Positions 11,138 through 23,100 of a stretch of 32,963 nt of DNA are shown here, one piece after another. Every line of letters begins with the position of its first letter. The first letter of the stretch is position 1. The stretch is taken from positions 1 to 32,963 of the forward strand of contig LWCA01000306.1 in the NCBI GenBank assembly GCA_001642005.1, read 5' to 3'. The position numbers and the translations under genes are program-made. This DNA is from Intoshia linei. Lineage: Eukaryota; Animalia; Orthonectida. Under the pieces are notes generated by a model that was not told where the DNA came from, made no database searches, and saw only the letters and a program-made list of their open reading frames with translations.

Positions 11138-14100
11138 CTAAAATCAAACATTAATTTGAATTATCTTGTTTTTAAAATTCTGTACACAAATTTTAACAAA
11201 ATAAAATTAAGTGGGAATATTTAACTTTAAATTAAAAAGTAATGTGAAATGAGGGTCCACGGTGAAACCAGTTTGGGAACCAGTCCTTTAAAGGATTGAT
11301 AATAGTGAATGTAGCATTTTAACTAAGATTTTATTATTGAATTTATTTTTATGGTAGAATTAAAAACGTCTGCCCTCAGCAGATCTAGGTCCTGTTTGTA
11401 CGTAGTACAAAACAGTCAACCTAGTAATTATATTATCTGTTAATATAAAAGTTGATAATAATACCAGTAAGATTAGAATCATTGCTACATTTCAATACAT
11501 TTTCTTTAACAATGATGGGTTTTTTGGTATATAAAGTAAAATTTCCATAAGAAACTTTAATATAATAAATTCCTTTCATTTTGAAAAAAATGTTTATACA
11601 TGAATCGTTTGTAGAATTGTAAAAAAAATAATCATCACAATTGTATTTTATATATACCATATATTCATTTTTAAATTTATCCTTAAACAAATCATGAGAA
11701 TCCCAAGACAAACGAAAATGATTTATATCAACATAATCTACATTGATATTTTGATTTAAATTTTCAAAATTGAAATTATTCAACTTTTGTGGACATTTCA
11801 ATTGACTATTTAAATTTTTATTAAAATTAAATTTTCCCATTTTTTCAATTTTTTTAGTATTTTTGATATCTAATTTTTTTGCAGATTGAAAAGATTCACA
11901 CGAATCAAAGTCTTTTTCAAAGTACTGAGATTTGAACAAAGGAAATCTTAATTTACAGTGATACATTTTCAATAAATCTTTCGGAACATATTTGATGTGA
12001 TTTTTTATATTTGTTATTTCATGTTTTAAATTTAAATTTAAGTAATTCAAAAATGTATTGGTTTCAAATATAGAATTAACTTGATAAAGATTTTGAGAAT
12101 TCTGGATAAATAATGATCTGGGTTTGTTAAAATTATATTTGATCAATTTTTTAAAGTTGTCACCATTTTGAATATTCCAAAAATTTTCAATATTTGATTT
12201 TGAATATAATTTTGATTTAAAGAAATTATCCAAAACATTTTTTACTTGTTTAAAACAATCGAAAATGTTTTGTATAACTGATTCTTTCAGTTTAAAAGGC
12301 ATATCATTATTTTTTTCATTATTAATTTGACAAATATACCCTTTAGTTCCTACATTTTCTTGGATTTTACCATTTAAATCAAATTTTTTACTGTCAATGT
12401 TGATGATATTTCTGTTTTTCATTTTTATTAAAGTAATCCAATCAGTTTCATTTGAAAATATTTTCGGATTCATTGGTATAGTATTTTTCAATAATATTTT
12501 AAATTTTATTTCGTAGTGTTCCAATCTATACAAGTAATTTTCAAAATGAGTATTTTTCGTCATTTCACACAATGGTATCCAATCTTCGTCGAGTTTTCTA
12601 TAGTATATTGAATAATTTGTGGAATCCGTTTGTACTAAATTATTTTATTTTATTAAAGATTAAATAAATGTTGTCAAAAATGGAGGCAATGCTGAGTATA
12701 TGTCAAAATGGACAAGTTTAAAAAAATTTTAAAAAAAGTGTTTTTAAAGGGCTATTTTTAACATTTTAAAAGATCTTCAAAATCTTTAAAAATTACGTGA
12801 AAAAAACTTCCCTTAAAACCCTAACAAATCTTTGACCCATAATTATCTTCAAAATCTTTAAAAATTTAATGAAAAAATATGAATAATATGATAATTAGTA
12901 AAATCGATGATTATGTCACTCTAAGGCAGGGGTATCAATTGTGCGGCCTCCTTCTAATGTGTTATATTTATATGTATAATTTATTTAATTATATATCAGT
13001 TATATAAATTTGCAAATCAACATTTTTATTTTTTCATCATATTTATCATTTTTTTTCTAGTATGTATTTACGTATTTAGCTATTTTTATTAATTAATTAA
13101 AACTGTTAATTTAATCATTATTTAATTAAACATTTTTTTGTTGTGCCCGCGTAATATTTTTGTCCCATATTAGAAATAATTCCGCCTTTCTGTACTAATT
13201 ATTCTCAACTTCTTACTTTTTGACTTTACGATAATCACTTTTTGAACCTTTTGTATTATGATAACTTTATAAAATATTAATTATATTTTTAATTTTCTTT
13301 AACTACTTGAAAGTTTGGTTTAAAAAAAAATCTTAAAAACCACTCTTGAAAGTTTGGTTCATAAAAAATCTTCAAATCATTATTTTTTGAAAATAAAGTA
13401 TTTTCGTCATTTTTTTGTGATTTTAATTAAGTAAAACGCAGAAACTAATAATACAAAAAAAACTACACTCACCTGTCACGAATCTGCGTCACATTTTACA
13501 TATCGTCATACAATTTTTATATAAATTAATCGATTAGAATTAACACAGTTCAATTTTTAGCTCGGCTTCTAAAGAGTTCATATTACTTTTTTTCATTAAA
13601 ATGTATTTAAAACGTAAATAACTGAATTTCATAATGACACTCAAATTTTCACAGTTGAAATAAATTTTTGGTAATTATAAATTTGGAATTTTTATATTTG
13701 ACCAATATTACAAAAACGCCCTGTGAGGTTAAATATTTCATTTATTCAGTCCAAATTTGGTATATGTCTTAGTGGGTCGTATATTAATCGTATCCATTTT
13801 TCAAATAAAATCATTGGCGCCAATTAAGACAAAGGGGGGAAAGCGCGCGAAAACCTTAAAGAGACCGAAAACCGCTTAATGTTTTTACGGTAAATTTTTC
13901 TAAAAATATATTTTTAGGGGTTTTTAAGTACCCTCTTCAGCGTGGTATAGGGTATTTTCAACAAAAATCAATTTTTGTAAAAAACGAACAGTCCTAATAC
14001 TGTTATGTATTACATATACACGAGGTGACTAGGGATATATACTAGAAAAAACAGTACAAATATTTTTTTGATACACAAACTGAAAAGTCTTGGCATCACT

Positions 14101-17100
14101 GTACTAGAGCTTGAATTCTTAACCTTTTTCTATTTATCACCCCAGGTTAAGAACCCATGTACTAGCAAGTAAGATTGGATTATTCGAAATACCGATTCAT
14201 CGCATACAAAAATACGAATATGCAGTTCTGTGAGTTATCTGATTTTTTTGATTTCTGTACAGAAATGATTAATTTCCTTGCAAAATCTTATACACCGGTA
14301 ATGATTTTTATAAAAGACTAGCTTGGCAGTTTTGTACTACGTATAAACAGCACCTAGCTCTGCCGAGGGCACTCTTTTATTATACCAAAAAAATAAATTT
14401 ATGTTGAAAATCTAACTTAAAAATCCTACTATTCAATATTATCAATCCTTTAAAGGAGTGGTTCCCAAATTTGTTTCAGGTGGAACCGTCATATCACATT
14501 ACATTTTTACTTTAAAGTGAATTATTCCATCTTAATTTTGTTTTGTTAACATTTGCGGTAAAGAATTTTAAAAACAATTATTACCCCATTTTTTTTAATT
14601 TATTAGACAGAATGTGTGTATAATATTAAAAATAAAGTAAAAACAGTCCAATCCTAAAAATTGTCATAAATAGCATAAATTCCAAAAAAATAAAATTAGG
14701 TCCAATCCTAAAAATTGTCATAAATAGCATAAATTCCAAAAAAAATAAAATTAAAGAAACCTATTTTGTCATTTTCAATGTGATGACATATATTCAGTAT
14801 CAATTTAATAAATAAATCCTAAAAATTGTCATAAATAGCATAAATTCCAGAAAAAATAAAATTATAAACTATTTTGTTATTTTGAGTGTGATGAACATAT
14901 ATTCAGAACCAATTGTGTATCAATAATTAATTGAATTTTCACTTTATAAATATTTCAGTCAAAATTTACCATTATTGCAAAAGATTGTAATATAAAAATG
15001 ATTGATGTTAAAAATGTGTCCATACTTTTGACCTTTTTTCTTGTTTTATAAAAAAATTGGATTGTCTAATGAAAATTTTCCTAAATGTAAATCAGAATGA
15101 ATACAGTATGATTAATTAAAAAAAATTAAAAAAAAATTAAAAACACAATTGTTGTCTTACCTATTTCAGATATCATGTTCTTTTTGAGACTCATTGAGAC
15201 GTCTCATCTTCATTATTTTGGACTGTTAGCTACTTAATGTAGTTTTTCTTTTTACCATTTTATGTTAAATTTGTAACAATTATCAATAAAAAAAAAAACA
15301 CGTTTCAGTTAGTATAAATTTAATTTTTTATTTTATATTACGTTGTTGTAGTGTCATAAATTAAAGTTTACAAAATTTTTTGAAAATAAATAATTTGAAA
15401 TTTAAAAATTGCGTAAAAATGAATTATATAGATTTTCACCCATATGTCTTTACTGGAAATGTGTAGACGTACAATACACTTTTTTTTTGAAATTGTAGGA
15501 TCAATATTTACATTTTCAATTTTGGATTTTAATCGAAATATTTGAAAAATATTGGTTGATGAAATATTAAAAATTATTTTTCACCGGGAATGCGTAGATT
15601 TCTGGGGTTGAAATTTTGTATTTATATCAACTGGAATAAGCTATATCAGAATAATCTTTTTTTTAATTTTCGGACTGTTAATTATTTCACATTTATTGTT
15701 TTAATAAAATGATTCGAAAAAAAAATATATGAATACTAAAATGCTTTTTTAACCGTGAAGTCGTCACTTATTCGGATTGAGTTTTTTTGTGTGTTAACAG
15801 GATACAACTGTATCACCTGTAAATTTTAATAAAATCTAGGGCTGTTTTCAAAAAAAAGGAAGGGTAATTTGGGGTTTTGGCCCTGAAGATATAATTTTTT
15901 TTAAATTTAAATTTATGATAATGTTTATGATTTTAAAATTCGCATCAGCGTATATATTTTTATAAATTCTCTAACTTGTTTAATTTTCAAAAAAAGAGAC
16001 AACAGGGGTTTTTGACCCTTAAGATGTGAAATTGGGAGGTTGAAATTTATCTTATTATATGTCCCGGAAAAAATTGTAATTAAAATGTGGTCTTTAAAAA
16101 ATTCTAAGAGTATTAGTTATTTCAATAAAGTAGGACACACACACACATACACACAGACAAATAAAAATCGCGTCGCATATTATATAAGTTAGGATATAAC
16201 ATTAGTCCTAAGTTATTCATTTACTTGTAATTCCAAGTCATTTTGTCAGATTAAAGATCAATTCAAGCCCTAATGAAAAAAAGGTTGGTAAACACTGCAT
16301 ACATTATACGCTACATATTCAATAACCGCATGAATCGAATGAATTATGCATATTTGAAATAAAAATAACAAACCTTCGTCAATAAAAATTGGTTTCTTCC
16401 AACTAAGACAATATCTGCCAGTTTTTGACGAAAATGATACATATGGTTCATTCCACAAATATTCCACAATTATTGATTTGTTTTCATTTAAGGTTTCAAA
16501 AGTATTAATAACATAAACGTTAGCATATGTGAATGATCCATGCATATTTTTCTCGGAATCTATTAATGCAATTCTTGAAACTACATTATTGATATCTGGG
16601 AACATGGAAAATGTAAAGTTTCTTTCAACGCAGGGTTGATATTTTTCCTCTAAAAATTGAAAATGCTAAAATTAATTTTCACTTACGTTTTCCAACTCGC
16701 AAACCCAATATTTTTACAAATGAAAATAGTCAGTTGAGTTCACGAATCGGGTAAAAGTGAATAAAATATTTTTTAAGTGTTGACGAACTGTGTGTTCCCT
16801 GACCAGCAGAGTCAAAAATTAAGTAATTTTAATTTTACCGATTTAACTAACCAATCTAAAAGTAAATTATATGTTTTGTATTACTACAGATTATAATCAT
16901 AACTGTGTATTGGACAACACCTTGGAGAGGGCCAGAGCTATATGGTTCGAGCTTACTATTTTAATTTATTAATAGGTAATGTTGGAAAATTTCTTATTTT
17001 TAATTTTTAGACAATAAACGATCGATTAAACAGTGTCCTATGCTGGCTTTCCACGGTCCTGGAATTAGGGTGTTCACTTTTGAAGCTTTTTTGAAGTTAA

Positions 17101-20100
17101 AAAAATAATTTTGCACATGTATGCTTTTTTTGATTTAACCGTGATTTAAATAAAATGAAATTTAACCTGGTAAGATTTTAAGAATTTCAAGAACACTCCA
17201 AGTAGAATTGGGTTGACTATAAATTTGAATTTTCAAAAATAAAGGATTGGTAAGATAATTTTCAGAGTTTAATTGAGAAAAAAGACTAGGAGAATACGTC
17301 CATTTTAAATGCAAATTTTTACTATTCTCATTAAAAAATGCATCAAATTGATAAATTGAATTGAATTCTATTGATTCATTAAATAAATCCAAATGATTGT
17401 TCGAATTATATAATATATTAGGAGGCTCTACATGTTCTATATTTGGAATAAACTCTGATTCCATAAATGTTATTGGATCGTATATATTATTTAAAGAAGA
17501 TTCGACTTGTTCAAACCCGTCAACTGTGTCTAAATGCAATAAATAATCAAAATTATTTATATTTCCATCATGATGCATCAATTGAATATCCGAATCAAAT
17601 TTTAAAGTTTCATTTACGTGATTTTGTTGTTTGTTCTGGTTAATCCCATAAGTTTTATAGACATCTGAATATGCATTTTTATATACATTTAAATTGGAGT
17701 TTAAATTTGGCTTGAAATAAACATTATTTAATTTTTTAGGTTCATTATAATTAAATCTATTTAATCCAGCAAAATTTGAAACATCAGACTTTTCAAATCC
17801 TACATTAACTGCATCTGTATTATTATTTAAATTTTTATCCATTTTGACATTATTATCATATTTATCATTTTTTAATATATTTATACCATCCAAAGGTTCA
17901 GTCTTTTTAGTTATATTATCAAGATAAATTTTTGTAGATGAATCAACGAGTGATTCGCTAACACCAATTGTCTCTTTGTCTAGTTCATTCTCCATCAACT
18001 TAGAAACCTTAAAATCATTATTTTCAAAATTATCCAAAATTTTTGATTCATGTAATTTCATAATTTCATTTTTATAATTTTCAATTAAAGTTGCTTCGTC
18101 GGATAAAGATTCCAATTCCTTAAATTTAGAGAATTTCAAAATTTTATCCTTCTCAATCACTTTTTTAATTTTTTTAATTGATTCTCCGTTTGCATGATTT
18201 TTAACAAATTCTAATTTGTTAACATCTTTAAGTTCTTCTAAACCATTAAAAGAACTGGCTATAATATCGCCTTTATTCTCTATATTATTTATAACCTCCG
18301 ATAATTCATCTTTTTCTTCATTTTTAAGAGTTTTTAAATTTTCCATAGTACTAGCCTTAAGAGTGTCTACGAGTGTATCTTTTTCAAGATGGTCTTTTTC
18401 AAATTTTTGGTTGTTGTCAAATTTACAAATGTTATCAAAAGTATCAACATTAGAAATATCTCCAATTTTTTTGTCGTGTATTGAAACATTTTCGCCTAGT
18501 AGAATTTTTGCAGCATTTATAGTTTTTTCTATATTTATATTTGATGCGACTTTTAAATCTTTGCCTTTTTCAAATTCTTTTAATTCATCTGAATATTTTT
18601 CATTTTTTTGTGTTTCTCTCAAATTAAAAACAATTTCATACAAGTTGATTAATTCAATTTTGTCAATAATTCCATCTTTGTTAATATTTCTGTTGGATTC
18701 AATATTTGAATCATTATTCATTTTTTCAATATCCATCCTTGAGCATAGTTTATTTTCAATTTTTTTTCCTAATTCATCTTTTTGAATTTTATCACCAATT
18801 GCTAAACTGATATTGTCAATTTTTTCAAAATCAAGAGCTATAATATTTTTTTCGACTTTTGGATTATCCGTTAATTTTTCCTTATTTTCAATTATATTAT
18901 CCTTATTATTATCAATATTTTTATTATTTTCACTTATTTCGTCGTTTTCTATTATTTTAAATGTATCGACACATTTGGGAACTATGATATCTGTATTAAC
19001 TTTAATTTCTGTATCTTTTTCAATCTTTTTCATTTTTTCATAAAACTTGAGATTATCATCTTTTCCCATATTAGAAATATTATCAAGAGTTAGGTCCATT
19101 ATTTGTTCCTCAATAATTTCACCCTTTTTGACACTCCTATCCTCATCAACATTAAACATTTTTCCGAGAGTTGTAACATTTTCACTGATTAAAGGTTTAT
19201 CAATATGGATTAGGTTATCATCCTTCATAATCTTCTCATCTTGTTTAATTTTACCAATCTTCTCAATTGATTCCGTTGGTTTTATATTTTTCTCAATTAT
19301 ACCTCCATTTTCATTATCATTAAAATTAATATTTTCTTGAAATGTTAAATGTTCATGTATTATATCGTTTTCAATACATAATTTTAATCGACTCCATTTT
19401 AATTCCGATTTTGAAATTTCGTTCAAAATTTTCTTGTCTACACGTTTGATATTGTGTACTTTTTTTAATTCTAATATGGTATAGTATAAAATTAAAATTT
19501 CAAAGACTACAAAATCTCCATTAAATTCATTGATTTCTTTAGCTTTGTTGGCTTCTCTCGTAGTACTGAAATATCCAAATTTCTCATTAGTTATTATTTT
19601 AAATTCTTTTAATGTATGGAATAAATTTTTATAATTTTCTTGATTCAAACCATACACTAAATTTGTCCAACAACTTTCATTATTCTCACGTCCCATCCAG
19701 TATTCTGGGTGAGTGCTTACGTATTTCTAAATTTATTAATTTTTAGTACCCTATACCGTTTAGACCACTGGTTTTCAACATTTTAAATTTCGCTACCCCC
19801 TTCTGAACAACAAATATTTTCGCGACCCCTCCTTTTATTACCAACAAACAAAAAATTTTTTATATCTGAAATATTAACTTTACTTAATTCCATTGATCAA
19901 TTCATGTATTATAAAAAATTTTTCGAATGAGATTAAAAAAATTTAATATATTACATACTTTAAATTAATGAAAAATTTTCCCCTTTAACACTAGGAACTT
20001 TTTCTTTTATTTTTACCTGAAACCAAAGACAGCTTAAACCAGTGGTTCTTAAACTTTATCCGTTATGGACCACTTGTCACAAAAAAAAATGTGTGTAGAC

Positions 20101-23100
20101 CACATAATTTTTAAAAAAATCCCCTTAATACTGAACACGTCACTAAGGTACCATTTAAATTTTTTTATTATATATTCCTCCTTAAATTGAAAATTTAATA
20201 TTAATTTGGACATGTTAGCTCAATGGCGTTTATTAATCAATTATTAATTTCAAACATAATTATGGTGAACTACCGTATCCGAGACCTTTCTACCGATGGA
20301 TCTCAACGAAAAATTTTTAAGATATGGTTTTAATTTACTAAATTGAGAATAAAATTTTTTTTTGAATATCAACTAATTTGTGTGATAAATTTAAAATGTC
20401 AACTCAAGATTCTTAAGAGGTAAATTTGGTTATATGATGTTATAAATCGTTTGTAAAAAATTTACAAATTTTTTTAAGGGGTTATTTTTTATTTTAGGAG
20501 TGGCCACTAGCTAGGTTCGGTTCTGGGAACGACTATCAAACTGAGTTAAATCGTTACATATATTAAATTTAACGCACGTGAAAATTATTCACGTTATTCA
20601 GTAGATTTTCACTTCATTTTTATAAAATGATATTTACGTTCACTAATAATAATAAAAAATAATCAATAATCAATAATATTCTAATTTAATATTATTGTTT
20701 AAAAAAAAGGTTATCTTTATTTTATTAAAAATTTTTCTTGTGGGCCACTTTGAGACCTTTTTTTTTATTTATAATTTAAAAATTTAATATTCTTGTTTTG
20801 AAGTTTACTATTCTCAATTTGAAATTTGTTATTATCATTTTAAAGTTGGTTATTCTTATTTTGAAATTAAAAAGGTATAGAATATGTAATATCAAAATTA
20901 ACACACCACATTTTAGTTTGGACTGTAATATATTATATAGTTTTATTAAAACTAAAACTCGACGGAACACATATTTCTGCCAAAATGTTTCGCAGGTCTC
21001 TTTAAAAATAACTAAATAATATCAAAAACTTAGAGCACTGATTTTTAATTGATGCACCAGCGTACACTAGTGCGCGCTGAGACATCTAAAACAAATTTTA
21101 AACGATTTTAAATTTTAAATGGTGGATTTTCAACCCTTGTTAATATTAAAAATAAAAAAGACAAATAATTAAATGTTTAAAATTAATAATATCTCTGTCT
21201 CTTATTCGACTGAAATTAATAAAATTGATAAAACTCATCAAGCTAAAATTTCAAAAACTAAATAATTATTTTAAAATATATTTAGTTTTATTATTAATTA
21301 TTGCTCACTTTAAGACAGAGGTTCCCAACCGGTCGAGAGAAGTTGAATATTTTTATGTTTTATTTTTCATAATAATACACAAAAATTTTTATTATAATTT
21401 TATTAAAGGTCGCAAGACTAAAAAAGTTAAGAACCATAGCTTTAAAATATTAGTTCCGATTCCTGACTAAAATAATTATTATTATAGTAGTATAAACTTT
21501 TAATATATTATACATGGTGCCGCCCAAAAATTTTAATTAATGCTTACTGCGCACTATCGTAAAAAAGTTTGAGAATCACTGACTTAAAGTATAGATTCCA
21601 AATATAGCCGAACCTACCAAGGTCGAGGTCATCCGAACATGAAAAATGGTATATTCAAAAAGTTAAGCAATCGATGCGTAGTGTCATATAGCCCTAGTCA
21701 CTTTTTCAAAACCTTCACTTAACATTTTAAATTAAACACACAAAATAGTTATGATATTCAAGAATATAATTTTTTAAATGCTCATTTTGGAACAATAAGG
21801 TCATATATACAAAATTATTATGTCTTCGACAACTTCAAAGAGGGGTCTTAAGTAGGGTAGGTTCAGCAATTTTGCCTAACCTAGAAATTTTCGCCCACGA
21901 GAGACTATTTGAAAATTATTGGCTGGTAACGTAATTTAAGGCAGTGGTTGTCAAATGGGGCCTACATAGTCTGAGGGGGGCCGCAGATTTAAGAAAATTT
22001 TTAAAATTAAATTAGAATCGTTAATTTTAATTTGATTTAGTATTTGATATTAAATTAATATATTCTTGAAATTCGGATTAATTTGGATTACAATAAATTT
22101 AAATGTTATTAACCCTAATGAGACAATAACACGTATATAAACAAACAAGAACAATCATAAATTTACAATTGTTTGTATACTAGGCCCTAATAACTAGGGT
22201 ATCAACTATATTAAAGTATGATTTATAACGAAAATAAAACCAGTAATATTAAAATATAACATTTTTTTAATCACTGTTATAATAATACAATAAACATATT
22301 CACTATTTTGTACTAATTAATTTTCTCTAAATATATTTGTATACTGTTAGAGTGGTCGAAAATATATTTTTTTGGCCACCACTGATTTAACGTACTTATA
22401 ATCGAAAAAATGTATACATGTCTAATTGTTATAAATGACATTAAAAACATGATTAATATGTATAAAAATAACCAATATTAAATATACTTTGGGAATTTTA
22501 TAATAATAAATACCTTCAATGTACATAATTCGAGAATTGAATGTAAATCCAATGCTTTGACAAATTGATATTCATTTGTATGGTCATGTTGAATGTATAC
22601 ATTTGATAAGTTATTATCATTTGAATTTTGATAATTTTTTATATAAAAAATTACCACATCAATCATGGCAAAATTACCAAATTTTTTAAATACTTTCACT
22701 GAACATGTTTTTATCTCACATTTCATCACAGTGATATTAAATTGTACATTTTTTTCACCAACTAATGACTTGCACAATGTAATTTTTTGATTATCAATTT
22801 TAAAACAATTTTCAGATTCAGTTGGATGCTTTATTTTTGTTAATTTACAAAATGTGTATGTATCAAACTTATTAATTGAATTGGCTTCAAATAATTTTTT
22901 AGTGTTTTGCATTAATTGAGATTTGCAAAAATACGTCACTATATAAAATTCATTGTCATTTAATTTTTTGTTCATATTTTCAATATCTAAAATTTAAAAT
23001 TTATTTTAATACTATATTATTTTGGGTAATTGATAAATTTGAAAAGTTATAAGTGAAGGTTGAAAAATCTATTATATTTTTTAAATGTAGAGTTTTTATT

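Noticed and set aside
14647-14914. Repeat-spacer-like pattern suggestive of CRISPR
   Set aside because: Simple tandem duplications without unique regular spacers, in a eukaryotic intron with no cas genes.
18216-19340. Plus-strand ORFs of 189, 76 and 97 aa
   Set aside because: S/F/L/I-rich antisense shadows of the K/E/N-rich minus-strand exon 13; no independent coding signal.
20776-21019. Opposing 64- and 73-aa ORFs with heptad-like repeats
   Set aside because: Produced by the 21-bp tandem array; not a plausible protein.
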